The translations under genes and the position numbers were made by a program. Of a stretch of DNA of 64,000 bases, positions 13,370 through 26,365 are shown piece after piece; the stretch's first letter is position 1, and every line of letters begins with the position of its first letter. A model generated the notes under the pieces. The model was not told the origin of the DNA. It worked only from the letters and a program-made list of their open reading frames with translations, and ran no database searches. This DNA is from Felis catus (Eukaryota). The stretch is from positions 86,368,001 to 86,432,000 of the forward strand of contig NC_058368.1 in NCBI RefSeq assembly GCF_018350175.1, read 5' to 3'.

Positions 13370-14585
13370 GGGAATAAGGAACCCCGGACCAGAAATAAAC
13401 CCATGAATATATGGTCAACTAATTTACAACAAAGAAGCTAAGAATGTACTATGGAGAAAAGACAGACTATTCAAAAAATGAATATTCTATATAATTCATA
13501 GTTGGGAAAACTGGATGGCCACATGCAAAAAAAAATTACATTACAACATTATCTTAAACCATACACACAAAAAATAGTTTAAAATGGATTAAACACAAAT
13601 GTAAGAACTGACACGATAAAATTTCTGGAAAAAATAAGTGGTTACCTTCTAGACAGAGGTATATATATATATATATATATGTATATATAAAACTAGTATA
13701 TATATATATATGTATATATAAAACTATATATGCATATATAAAACATATATATATGTATATATAAAACTAGTATATATATATAGTGTGTGTATATATATAG
13801 TATATATATATATAGTATATATATATAGTATAGTATATATATATAAAACTAGTATATATATAACTAGTATATATATATGTATATATATGTGTGTGTGTAT
13901 ATATATAAATATATATATATATACATATTTGAATCTTGCACTAAAGACAAAAAGAACAAAAGTAAAAATAATCAAGTGGGACTATTACAAAGAAAATCAC
14001 AGCAAAGAGAGCCATCAACAATATTAAAAGACAAACTACTGAATAGGGAAAAGTATACTTTCAAGTCATATGTGTGAAAAGGGGCTGGTATATAAAATAT
14101 AAAAAGAAAACATATAATTCAATAGTAAGAAAAAATGAGTAAAAATTGGCTGAGTTTCAAATAGAGGTCATTTTCTGAAGAATATTCAGATGGGCACAGA
14201 TTTAAAAAAATGATCAATGTCATTAATTATCATAGAATGCAAATACACCACAATGATCTATCACCTTACATATTTAAAACAGCTATTATCAAAAAGACAG
14301 GGAATAAGAAGTGCTGGTGAGGATGTGGGAAAATGGGAATCTCTTCACTGTTGGTGGAATGTAAACAGGTACAGCCATCATGGAGGAAAGTATGGAAGTC
14401 CTTCATTACATTAAAAATGAAACTACCATATTATCCAGAAATTCCACTGCTGGATATTTTTCCAAAAATACAAAAACACTATTTGGAAAAGATATGATAA
14501 TCTGTATGTCAATTGCAGTATTATACACAATATCTAAGAAGCTAAGTTAGGGAAACAACCTACATATCCTAAGTATCTGTTGATG
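13370..14585 (+). mobile_element. Old L1 ORF2 3' fragment interrupted by an AT-rich repeat
   Basis: cagaaataaaccca..atatggtcaactaatt and cactgttggtggaatgtaaac motifs. Confidence 0.8.
13659..13925. repeat. (TA)n-derived minisatellite with recurring aaaactagt units
   Basis: tataaaacta(gt)atata recurs about five times. Confidence 0.9.
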
Positions 14586-15018
14586 TATGTGTGTGTGTTT
14601 GTATGTATGTATATATTATACGTATAAATGTATATATTATAATATATATTATAAATGTTATAATGTTTCTTGTTCTTTTGTCCCATTTTATCTATTTGGG
14701 GAGATTTGCTAAATATATTAGAACTAGTATAATGGATAATACATCTAGTTGGACTGTTATGAATGTCATTTCAATGCTTTAATAAAATCTTATTACCCAC
14801 AAATTAAGGGAAAATATATGCCATTTACATTTATTGAAAAATTACCACGAATATAAAGTGATTGGGAATATAAATTTTTTAAAATCTCAATTATCTTAAT
14901 TTTCTAGATTAATATCATCTTTGTCTGGAATCTTGGAATGACATTGTTCCTTATGAGTGTAAAAGGTGAAAATGATGTATTTCTAAAGCAGCAGGATTAA
15001 TGAGAACTTTGTCGACAC

Positions 15019-15954
15019 TTATACAGAGCAGCAGATCCTCTGAATCACTCTTCTCAGGGCTCCCATCACCTCCTTGTTTCTCAAGCTGTAAATGATGGGG
15101 TTGAGCATTGGGGTCAGGATCGTGTAGAAGACGGCCAGAATTTTGTCCTCTGTTGGAGTTCTCAGTGATCTTGGGCGTAGGTAAGTGTAAGCAAAGGGTG
15201 CATAGTAGAAAGTTACCACAGTGAGGTGTGTGCTACAGGTGGAATAGGCCTTCTTCCTCCCTTCTGTTGAGTGCATGCGGCAGATGGTGAGGAGAACTCG
15301 GCCATAGGAACATGCAATGCCAAAGAAAGGTAACACAAGGAAGAGTGTGGTGCTCACAAACACCGTGTATTCATAGACCCAGGTGTCCATGCAGGCCAGT
15401 GTCAACATGGCCGGGAGATCACAGAAGAAATGATTGATGGTTCTGGATCGACAATAAGGGATATGGAGGGCATATACATTGTGGGCACAGGAGTTGATCG
15501 AGCTCATTATCCAAGATCCTGTAATCATCAACACAAGTACTCTTTTTCTCATATGAATGACATAGTGAAGAGGAAAGCAAATGGCCACATAACGATCATA
15601 AGCCATACAGGCCAACAGTAATCCTTCTGCACCAGCTAATGTAATGAAGAAGAAACTCTGAACTCCACACCCAATGAAAGAAATCGACTTATTTCCAAAG
15701 AGATAATTGGACGCCATCTTGGGGACAATGGTGGAGATGTAGTTCAGGTCCATGAGGGAGAGCTGACTAAGTAGAAAATACATGGGTGTGTGGAGATGAG
15801 TGTCCAGGAGGATGACGATGATCATGGACATGTTGCCAAAAAGAGCCATTAAGAAAATGAGAACAATGAAAATGAAGGAAAACAGGCCAATTTCTGATGG
15901 TGGGAATAATCCCAATAAGAAAAAATCAGTAGATGTTTGGTTATTATTTTCCAT
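15019..15954 (-). CDS. Olfactory receptor, family 2 subfamily L (OR2L2/L3/L5/L8-like), intact, 311 aa
   Basis: Single-exon ORF with the OR motifs NQTS glycosylation site, GN (TM1), LHTPMYFLLSQLS, MAYDRYVAICFPLHY, HFFCD, KAYSTCSTHL and PMLNPIIYSLRN. The N-terminus MENNNQTSTDF.LLGLFP is OR2L-type. The exact orthologue cannot be resolved by eye. Confidence 0.95.
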   Translation of the reverse strand: MENNNQTSTDFFLLGLFPPSEIGLFSFIFIVLIFLMALFGNMSMIIVILLDTHLHTPMYFLLSQLSLMDLNYISTIVPKMASNYLFGNKSISFIGCGVQSFFFITLAGAEGLLLACMAYDRYVAICFPLHYVIHMRKRVLVLMITGSWIMSSINSCAHNVYALHIPYCRSRTINHFFCDLPAMLTLACMDTWVYEYTVFVSTTLFLVLPFFGIACSYGRVLLTICRMHSTEGRKKAYSTCSTHLTVVTFYYAPFAYTYLRPRSLRTPTEDKILAVFYTILTPMLNPIIYSLRNKEVMGALRRVIQRICCSV

Positions 15955-15975
15955 GGGACATTAGTTTAGCTTTCC

Positions 15976-15990
15976 CTAAAGAGAAACACA
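15976..15990 (-). promoter_or_regulatory. Probable splice acceptor of the OR2L coding exon
   Basis: Minus strand reads tgtgtttctctttAG|ggaaagctaaactaatgtcccATG; the AG lies 21 nt upstream of the ATG, as is typical for OR genes. Confidence 0.65.
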
Positions 15991-17751
15991 TATTACATAC
16001 AAAAAAATTAGCTTTTATTAATTCCTTTTTTTGTTCCAAACTGATTTATTAATGAAACATTACAATGTTTCTTAAAAAAAACTTAACACATATTCTGATA
16101 AATCAAACCTGCCAGTTTTTGCCTCATAGATAAAATCTTTATAGGAAATGCATATATATACAAAATATTTCATAAAAATCTGTATATCTAAGAATAATAT
16201 ATTTCTGTAATGATTTTATTGAAATTTATATATATATATTATTTTTCTATATACATTTAGATATTATCAACATCAGAATTTATACATTTTATATATGCAC
16301 TGTTAATCAATGTAAATGCATACCTTACATACCATGTTTAATACATTTTATTACTCTTAGACAATTATTTCTTCTTATAATCAAGCACTAATAATTCTGA
16401 AAATAAATTAGCCTATCAGTTCATGCTAACAAATACATACCTTTTTTTTTTAAGTTTTCTCCAAAAAGCTTGCCAAATCAAGCTTTGTAGATTCCAAGTA
16501 TCATTATCTGATGATGGAGTGGTGGAAGGAAAAGTTTGATGATATAGGGATGGGTAAGATTTCATCCACAGTGGCCTAATTTACAAATCATGGTCTGGTA
16601 TTTGGGATTTAAGAATCAAGCATTAGAAGATAAGCATATTGTTTAAAATATATAGGAAGTATTGGAAAAAACTGTAAAATATTTTGAAGTATTAGCTTTG
16701 GGTTTCAAGAGGAGTGGGTTATGGGACCATCATTCAACTCTGTGGTTTGTTGATGCCATGCCCATACATTATTTGTATAAAATATTAAAGTGATATAAAA
16801 GTAATTTCAGTTCCTAATTTACATAGTAAAATTAGTGCAGATGTGAATCTCCAAATCCACTGTGAAGTACTTACAGCAGGGTTAGGGTCTATGTGAAACA
16901 ACTGATTTTCAATTATTGTGTGGTTACTGTCAACATGCAAAGGAAATACTGGGAGAGCAAGCTTTGTTTATAAGGTGGCATTTGGATAGGCATGAGGAGA
17001 GCATATTAAACTGATATCATGGGCTATAATTTATATTAGTAGTTTCAATTATCAACCAAATTGAAAATGTAATAATTGTAATTACCAAGGACATTAACAT
17101 TGTTACTACTTCTATCATTTATATTTATATAGGGCCAGTTATGACAAACATTCCATGAGGTAGTTAGTATTATTTCTGTTTAATCATGAGAAAAAAACAA
17201 CACAGAACAGAATAATGAATGGGACATCAGGTTTGTTCTTTGATGTCATATCACATGACTGCTAAGGCAGCGATTTTGATTATCTATGTTCCTCTGTTCT
17301 TACATGCTAAATGACTTGCCATGTGATATCATTGAAAGAAGCTTTGCATCTGACACGAAAGCCACCATAGCTATTAAATATCTGTTTCAAGATCTAAAGT
17401 ATATAAATATAATTTTTAGGTGAAAGTAATTAGATTATTTCCCTTTTATTTTGATTTTACCCAGTGAAATAATGAAAACTAATCTATTTACATACCATGT
17501 GGAAAAAATTGCACCTGCTTCAATCTTTTAAATTTCCCTAAAACTTTGGTTTGGGTATCAGCTTTACTGGCAATATACAGTGGAGGAAAAGGGAATGAGA
17601 TGGTTCCTAGGTGAGTTGGAGAACCAAGCCTTGAACCCAAACAAGATCCATACATGTCAGAGAAGATAGAACTGTACACTTTCAGTGACCATCTCCACTG
17701 GGTAGGACCTAACATGTGTCAAGATTTGTGCCAAGAATAAGTTTTCTTTCC

Positions 17752-17965
17752 TTCTTTTTTTTTTTTAAGTTTATTTATTTTTCAGAGTGAGAGAGACAGA
17801 GTGCAAGCCAGAGAGGGGTAAAGAAAGGGATACATAAAATCCAAAGCAGACTCCAGGTTCTGAGATGTCAGCACAGAGCCTGATGTGGGGCTCAAACTCA
17901 CAAACTGTGAGATCATGACCTGAGCCAAAGACGGACTCCCAACCTACTGAACCACCCAGGCGCCA
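17752..17965 (-). mobile_element. Can-SINE
   Basis: Typical SINE body. Confidence 0.9.
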
Positions 17966-19959
17966 CTAAATTTTCTTTAATCCTTCAACTTGAAGGATAT
18001 ATCAACTTGAAGTTGATATAACCATAAATATGGCTATAGATGTTTGCAGATGATAAATCAAGTTTCAGACATTTAAGTGAATTCCTAAGATTTTCTGCCT
18101 GAATTTAGATGCTTGGTAGATAGATGAAGATATTTATATATTAATGTTTATTTAAATTTAATCTCATCACTAAAAATTCAGGTAACAATTATCAAATGAA
18201 AAGTTGTTACTTTTAACTGCTCAAAACTAAAAGAGAAATAAAAAGAAAAATATAAACATTATTAAAATAAAAATTTACTATAGATGAAAGAGAGTCAAGA
18301 AGCTGTATAAGTTCCTTTAATGCCCAAATAACATGGATTAGTGCCTATATTTTTTTCATTTCAATATCTTCCCTCTTTCCTCTAATTTGATGTTTTAATT
18401 ATATTTCCAGTTGCTCCCTGCAGAATACAACTTTAATCCATGAGGTAGAGAACACCCACAGCACTCCCAGATCCTCTCAATCACTGCCAGGTCCTCTAAA
18501 TGAATTATAATCCATGTCTTGCCTCAATATCAGTGTCCTTGGGTGATTCTGTTTACAAAGAAACGTCCTTCTCTGTATTATCTCCCTTGTAGATCAAGTT
18601 ATAAATGTGTATATTCAGTTCATTCCTACATCATGATGAGGAAAATTCTCTTATTTATGTCCAGTTTAAAAATAAATTGCATATTATCATTTTAATTTAG
18701 TTTAATGTAATTTAATTAATTTAACAAACATTATTTAGCTTGGTATCATTCTTTTTCTCATGTTTCCCATGTTCCTATTCAATTGCAAACAAAATTTTAA
18801 AAGCATCTCACTTTAGCAATTCACATGCTTGCAGAATAAATAGATTTTCAATATAGGTTCATTATTATAAAGATGAAACACAGATTCCAAGTGATTAGAA
18901 GTAAATTATTTAAAACTATAGAGTGATCCAGTGGCAGATCTGGAAAAGTGTCCTCTAGATACTACACAATGTAGAATTTTCTTCTGAAGCAAAATAATCT
19001 CAAAGAAAGATCTTTCAGATCATTAAATTGTCTGGTCACATTAGATTTGATTTGGTTATTTGTATAGCTGCAGCAAGAATATACATTTACCAAAGAAGGT
19101 TTCCATTGCTTCTCTGAAAATTTTATAAAGAATCAGACTAAACTTTTAAAAGTATTTGAATGTAAAAAAATCTGCACCAGTTTTCATATAAATTTGGGTT
19201 GCTTTCTTCTCTTTTCAAGAACCCTGGAATAGTTTTGAGTGCTGAACTTTACCAAAAGGGAACTTCCTTACTTTACCTAAGGGAAGAGTTCTATAAAAGA
19301 TCAGATTTTTTTTTCCTCTGGAAAACCTGAACTTATGGGCTCCACAAAGTCTACCTTAGTTCTTTAAAAAGTTTGGATATACTTTTATCTCCATGTCCAT
19401 AGATTGTAATTGTTTTTTCATTCCTATCATTTATTTAGTGTTTACAGGATTGTGCAATGGCTTTCATAGACTAAATCATATGGCTAAAAAGAGAGTCTTC
19501 TAGAGTCCAGCCAAGCATAGATCTTTACATTATTTCTGCTTGGGTATATATATGAAGTTTTTATCCCTCCTAATGTTTCCACAACAGGTTCTACTAAAAA
19601 GGAAAAAAAAACATATAATTCATAATACTTTTGTGACTCAGGAATTAATAACCTAATTAAATATTTAAGCAGTGTGTATTTTTAGTTGTTTAGAATGTTA
19701 GAGAGCTTGTGATCCATGATGATTTTATTGTACCAAAAGATCTATAAAGCACAGTATTTGAATGTGCATATAACTGTATGCTTATATATATACTTTCATG
19801 AAATTCCGCAATGGCGAATCAGCAGTGATAGACAAATAGAAAAGTATGTAGACAGATATTTTGACAATTGTATGATTTATCAGTATATACTATGAGTTTG
19901 GATTCAGACCGAAGATATGTTTATTTTGCTTTACTGTAAAAACATGCTTCAGACAGTTT

Positions 19960-20050
19960 GGAGCCATTGCTAGATTTGATTCTAGTTCTGGCACTTACTA
20001 GAAATGTAATTTTGGATTAATTAATTCACCTCTCTGAGCCTGTACCTCCT
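19960..20050 (+). mobile_element. MIR fragment (remainder at about 21025-21120)
   Basis: cacttactag...cacctctctgagcctg core; gttattacaagattgaatgggataa resumes after the L1. Confidence 0.6.
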
Positions 20051-20054
20051 AGGT

Positions 20055-21015
20055 ATAGCAAACCAAAATCACCAGATATAATTTCACACCATTTAGAAAG
20101 GCTATAAGCAAAAATAAAGAAACAATACCGAATGTGGAGAAAATGGAACTCCTGAGCCTTATATTTGGAATATAAATTAGTACAACCATTATGGAAAATA
20201 GTATAGAAATTCTTCAAAAAGTTAAAAGTAAGTAAAACTACCATATGATGCAGCAAACCCACCTCTGATTATATACCAAAATGAAATGAAATGAAATGAA
20301 ATGAAATGAGTTACTTGAAGAGATACTTGCAATCCTTTAACCATTATTGCAGTGTTATTCATAATATTTAAAGTATGGGCATTAACTTTATATATCCATT
20401 GACAAATAAATGGATAAATGAAATATAATTAATATAATATAATATAATATAATATAATATAATATAAATGAATATAACAACAAAATGAAATATGTGAATA
20501 AATACATATATTTATGCATATATATACACATATATATGCACATATATATGCACATTATATGTATATATATATATTCACACAACAATAGCAACATGGATGA
20601 ACCTGGAAGACTTCAAGATAAGTGAAATTAAGCAGACACAGACACTGTTTCATTACAATGATATGTGGAATTTAAAATGGTCAACCTTTAAAATTAACGA
20701 ACAGAATCGTGGTTGTCAGTGGCTAAAGAGAGAAATGGGAAGATGTGGGTCAGATGCTACAGTTTCCATTATACCTGATGAATAAGTTCAGCAGATCTAT
20801 TGTACCGCAATTTAAATACAGTTAATAACATTTTATATTTGAATCTACTATTACAGCAGAACTCACCAGGTGATAGTATTCTCACAAGCCAAAATGGTAG
20901 GAGACTTGATGGATTTGTTAATTAGTAGTTTGTAGTGATTATTTTAATATGTATCTTAAATCCAGTTTACACCTTAGATACACACAATTTTCGTCAATTA
21001 TACCTCAATAAATCT
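20055..21015 (+). mobile_element. Old L1M (MA/MB-like) 3' end inserted in MIR
   Basis: acatggatgaacctggaagac and gtcaattatacctcaataaa terminus; internal (TGAAA)n and (ATATA)n. Confidence 0.75.
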
Positions 21016-21836
21016 GGGGCAAAAGATAAGAGTTATTACAAGATTGAATGGGATAACTTATACTGAATATTTCAACGTGAGCTTCATGAGTGATCAGTGA
21101 ACAGTAGCTGTGATATCTTCATCACACCATTGCCACTAAAATCTATATAGTTACCATTGTAAAATTTTTATCCACACACCTGCCATTCTTAGATTTCTCA
21201 GTGACATTTTTCCCAAAATGTTTCAATGCACTATTTGATTTTCAAAACAAACAAACAAGCAAACAAACAAAAATCCTAGGATGCTAACACAGATGTAATT
21301 ATTATTTAACTGGAAATTTAGTGGTATGCAAAGAGAAAGTAGTACAATTGGGAAAATTTGTGTTAAAAACAATCATAACACATCCACTCTACTTAGGAAT
21401 ACCTGAAATATTTCCAGAAGGTGGCATTTACATTAGAAAATAAGTTACTGTCTCCATAGACAGATATATTTCATCATTAGTATTTGACTTTTATTACAAA
21501 TTCTGATACTTTTGAATAAAATCTAGGCAAGAAATTATTTACTTAGAAATAACAGGTTCATATAAAGAAAAAAATGTGCATAAACAATAATAAGTTTACT
21601 TTGGGAACAATTTAACCATCTGTGCTCATTGGAAAAATAACAACCTCACCCCCAATCCAGGGAAGAAATGAGAAATGCTATTGATGATTTGGATGCCCAC
21701 ATGCTAGCTTTACTCATTTAGTTTCATGTGAGTCCTTCTAAAGCCTTTCCCAATATGACTCAAACCTGTCTTTTACAAAGACCCTCATTTCCTTCCTATG
21801 CAGCAAATATGTTTACAAACTAGCTCCAAAGTCACT

Positions 21837-22043
21837 TTTTAAAAAAATTAATGAATTTATTTTTGAGACAGAGAGTGTGTGAGCAGTGGAGGGGAGGAGT
21901 GGGATGGAGACAGAGAATCCCAAACAGGTTCCACTCTATCAGCATGGAGCACAACACGGGGCTCGAACCATAAACATTGAGATCATGACGTGAGCCTAAA
22001 TCAAGAGCCAGATGCTTAACTAATTGAGCCACCCAGGCACCCC
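21837..22043 (-). mobile_element. Can-SINE
   Basis: Typical SINE body. Confidence 0.88.
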
Positions 22044-22860
22044 AATATCACCCTGTATTCTAAAAAGTGCAACTATTCTCACTTCAACTCCACTTAAAAT
22101 CTTCTAATTCTGAACTTGGCCAACTCTCACATAGATTATGTCACTCATTTCCTAAACTGACAACTTTAAATCTGGAATGATTTCAATCCAGTCAATAATA
22201 TGCAATGCCAAAAGAATTAACTCAATAGGATTATCTATGTGACCTCATCATACACATGCATGAAAACAGCTCTATTCTTGTAGAATAAAATCTATGTTAC
22301 ATACAGTGTATTAAAACATTATTTATCTGCAATTTCCCCCATTGGTACGGAGTGCAGTATAGGCTCTAGACACAATGTACCTTTCCTTTGTCAATGGATA
22401 ATATATATCTTTCAAATTCAATTATTTTTCTAAAAATGTCTTGGTTCAGACAAAGTGTTCTCACACTTGTAGGCCCATTTGCATTCATATACATATTTAG
22501 AATGCATTTTATCACAGGAATTTACTATTTTTACAGTGGACATATTTTCATGAATTTAGTGTAGACTGTAGTTTTATTTACCATAAACCCAGAAAAGAAG
22601 TTCATAGATCTCATAGATAATATCAGCCAGTGATTATAATATCAATTCCACCATATTCTACCACCACTTCACAATACCTTATTAGGCATAACACCATTTT
22701 CTTTTTTTTTTACAAAAAAGATAATGTTTTATGCTTTAGGCTTAAAGAGAGTTTTATATTTTAAGTATAAGGGATCTCATAAGTGTATAAGCAACCTATT
22801 TTTTTCTTTCAATTATATATAAAATAAAAAATATATAGTAAATATGTAAAAATAAATCTC

Positions 22861-23083
22861 TTTTTAAAAAAAAATTAGTGTCTTTTATTTATTTTTGAGA
22901 CAGAGAGAGACAGAGCATAAGCAGGGGAAAAGCAGAGAGAAAGCGAGACACAGAATCTGAAGCAGACTCCAGGCTCCGAGCTGTTAGCATAGAACCTGAC
23001 ACGGGGCTCAAACCCACAGAACCGTGAGATCATGACCCGAGCCGAAGTCGGACACTTGACCGACTGAGCCACCTAGGTGCCCC
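22861..23083 (-). mobile_element. Can-SINE
   Basis: Typical SINE body. Confidence 0.92.
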
Positions 23084-23319
23084 AATATATAATATCTCTT
23101 AAACCAACTTTAGTCAAATAAAATTTTCCTTTGAAATTCCAAATTAGATGATTTAATGTATCAACTGCTTATTTATAGCTTACTAAGTAGTTTTTTCTTA
23201 ATTCTAAACAAAATTATGTTAAGCACTTGCAGAAGTACCTCAACTTTTAAATGATTAATAAAAATAAAAATACAATGGGGGCATGTACCTTTTATTATCT
23301 ATCACACTTACATACTTAC

Positions 23320-23720
23320 TGGTTTGAATAGCTGACATTGGTCCTCCAGTCTTCATACGAACAAAGTCATTTTTCTGAGTAGACTTCTTTGAATATTTTT
23401 CAAACCAGTGTTTATATTTATCTCTTATCCCTGCACTTGATATTTTAGATAACTCCATAACAACTCAATAGCAATGATGATTTCAGGACATCTTTGGAGA
23501 TTAAGGATAACACTTGGTGTTTTGCATGTGTTTTCACTTGGGAATGTCTACTGAGACTTTAATAATGTAAGTTAAATCACCAATAGCTCTGCATGGCCTT
23601 AGGCCAAAGTTTAGAAAGGAGTTTTAATAACTTGTGTAGATGTTTTCATAGCTGTGTTAAAGGTCAGTTCAGAGGGTTAACAAATATATTTATGCAGACT
23701 TTTTAATATTATGTCTCTTG
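23320..23720. repeat. Diverged duplicated module, copy B; candidate OR2L promoter region
   Basis: Collinear with 255-640 and located about 7.4 kb upstream of the OR2L start codon. Confidence 0.8.
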
Positions 23721-23775
23721 TATGTATGTTCTTTATATATTTATATATATATATATATCCTCTTGTATATATGTT

Positions 23776-23809
<34 letters not shown>

Positions 23810-24416
23810 TTATTGGATATATCATTTGCAAATATCTTCTCCCATTAAGATTGCCTTTTTATTTTGTTGATAATTTTTTTTCATGATCCATTTAAAAAAC
23901 AAAAACATTTTTTTGCTGTATTTCCAATAGTTTAATTTGGATCTTTATTTCCCTTGCCATAGGAGTCATATGTTTCTATGACCAATGCCATGGAAATTAC
24001 TGCCTATGTTTTTTTTTTAATCCATTTTTATTTTTATGTTTGTGTATGGTGTAAGAAAATGGTCCAGTTTAATTATTTTGCATCAAACTGTCAATTTTTT
24101 CCCAGCATCATTTACTGACTCAGTCTTGGTAGTATGCATATTTCTGAAAATTTGACCATTTATTCTAGGTTCCCCAATTTTTTAATGTATGATTATTCAT
24201 ATTCAATTCACATTAGTTTTATTTATATACAATTTATAATAATGTACCCACTCTCATTGCTGATATTGATATTTTGAGCCCTCTGTTTTTTTCTTTTTTT
24301 TTCTTTTTTGTTATTTGGTTAATACAGCTAAACTTTTGTAAAATTTCTAAGAATCATGTATTAGTTTCAATGTTTTATTTGGTGTTTTTCCTATACAATA
24401 TATTATTTATCTCCAT

Positions 24417-24749
24417 TTTTTTTTAAGTCATCGCACACCCAAAGTGGGGCTTGAACTCACAACCATGAGATCAAGAGTCACATGTTCTGGGGCACCTGTG
24501 TAGCTCAGTCAGTTGGGTGGCTGACTTCAGCTCAGGTCAGGATCTCACAGTTCATGAGTTAGAGACCCATGTTGGGTTCTACGCAGACAGTTCAGAGCCT
24601 GGAGCTTGCTTCAGAGTCTGTGTTTCCCTCTCTCTCTTCCCCTCACCCACTCCCATTCTGTCTCTCTCTGTCTCCCAAAAAATAAATAAACATTTAAAAA
24701 TAATAATAAAAGGTAGCATGTTCTACCTACTGATCCAGCCAGGTGTCCC
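24417..24749 (-). mobile_element. Short tRNA-Lys-like SINE split by a nested Can-SINE
   Basis: The joined minus strand reads cctggctggatcagtaggtagaacatgtgactcttgatctcatggttgtgagttcaagccccactttgggtg plus an A tail. Confidence 0.8.
24489..24710 (+). mobile_element. Can-SINE nested in an older SINE
   Basis: TSD core catgttct at 24481-24488 and 24717-24724. Confidence 0.9.
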
Positions 24750-26154
24750 ATCTCTTCTCTATATTATTTTTTATTGCCTTTCATTACTTTTGTATTTTGT
24801 TTTCAAGTTGATTAAGCTATAACATTTTCTTATTGATTTGAGACCTTTCTTATTTTTTAAATTTAAATGTTTACTGTGATAAATTCCCTTATAACACTGC
24901 TTTATCTAAACTTAATAAGTTTCAGTATTTTGTTTTTGTTTTCATATGCCTCAAGTTGTTTTTTGTGAATCTCCATTGTGATTTCTTAGCTTTCAACTAT
25001 TTCAACTATTTCACACTATTGTGTGTTAATTTCCATATAATTATAAGTTCTAGTTTTTCTTCTTTTATTTATTGCTTGCCTCATTATATTTTCATCACAA
25101 AATGTGCTGTATATGATTTCAACATTTTAAGCTTATTACAATGTATTTCATGATATCATCCAGAATATGGTCTATCCTGGATGTTGGTCCATATGGAATT
25201 AAGAAAATTGCATATTCAGATGTTGTTCAGAGAAGAGTTTTGTTTGTATCTATTAAGTCTGATTAGTTTACAAGTCCTTTTTTAGATCTTATAACTGGTT
25301 GTTCTATCCATTATGAAAGAGAGATATTGAAGTTTCAACTACTCCAATATTGAAAGAGGGATACTTGAAGTTTCAACTATTCGTATAGAGTAGTATCCAA
25401 TTATTTTTCCATTCAATTCTTTCAATATTTGCTTCAGATATTTTGGGAATCTGAGGTTTGGTGCATATATGCTTACAATTGTTATATAGTCTTAGTTTAA
25501 ATTCAACTGTAAATCATATATAATGTCCTTCTTTATCTCTTACGGATAATTTTGGACCTAAGTTCCACTTTGTCTGATACTAGTGTAACTCCACTTTTTT
25601 CTGGCTATACTTTTCATGGATTATCTTCTGTTTCACATGCTTTTATTTTCAAGCTATTGAGACTATTTTGTGACACTTTACATATATTAAGTGAATCTCT
25701 AGACCACATGCCCTTATTATATATGTATAATGTCTATATGGCAAAATTGGGATATTTAATCCACTTACATTTACAGTAATTTCTGATGAAGATAGACTAT
25801 ATTTTGCCATTTGGCATTTGTTTTCTGTATATATTATAGCTTGTATGTTACTTATTTTCCCCAGTACTGTCTTTGTTCATGTGTAGTTGACTTTATTCAT
25901 AGTGGCAAGTTTTGATTTCCCTTTATTTCCATTTGTATATACTGTATAGGTATTTTCTTTATGGTTTCCATTGGGATTACTTATGATATTTTAGAAATGT
26001 ATCAATTTAATTTGAATTGATACTTGCTTAAATTTAATCACATATAGAAACTTTGTTTCTATACATATTTCCTCCTCACTTCAGGTTATTGATGTCCCTA
26101 ATTAATTCTTTATATTTTGTGTATATACTAATATTATTCTTAAACATGTGTCTT

Positions 26155-26365
26155 TTTTTTTTCAACGTTTATTTATTTTTGGGACAGAGAGAGACAGAGC
26201 ATGAACGGGGGAGGGGCAGAGAGAGAGGGAGACACAGAATCGGAAGCAGGCTCCAGGCTCTGAGCCATCAGCCCAGAGCCCGACGCGGGGCTCGAACTCA
26301 CCGACCGCGAGATCGTGACCTGGATAAAGTCGGACGCTTAACCGACTGCGCCACCCAGGCGCCCC
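26155..26365 (-). mobile_element. Young felid Can-SINE with TSD
   Basis: TSD ttaaacatgtgtctt at 26140-26154 and 26366-26380; CpG-rich. Confidence 0.96.

Noticed and set aside
15430..15621. Antisense ORFs inside the OR genes (also 48371-48803)
   Set aside because: Short shadow frames of the OR coding sequences with no independent support.
24417..24749. Functional tRNA-Lys gene
   Set aside because: Diverged, A-tailed and interrupted by a SINE.
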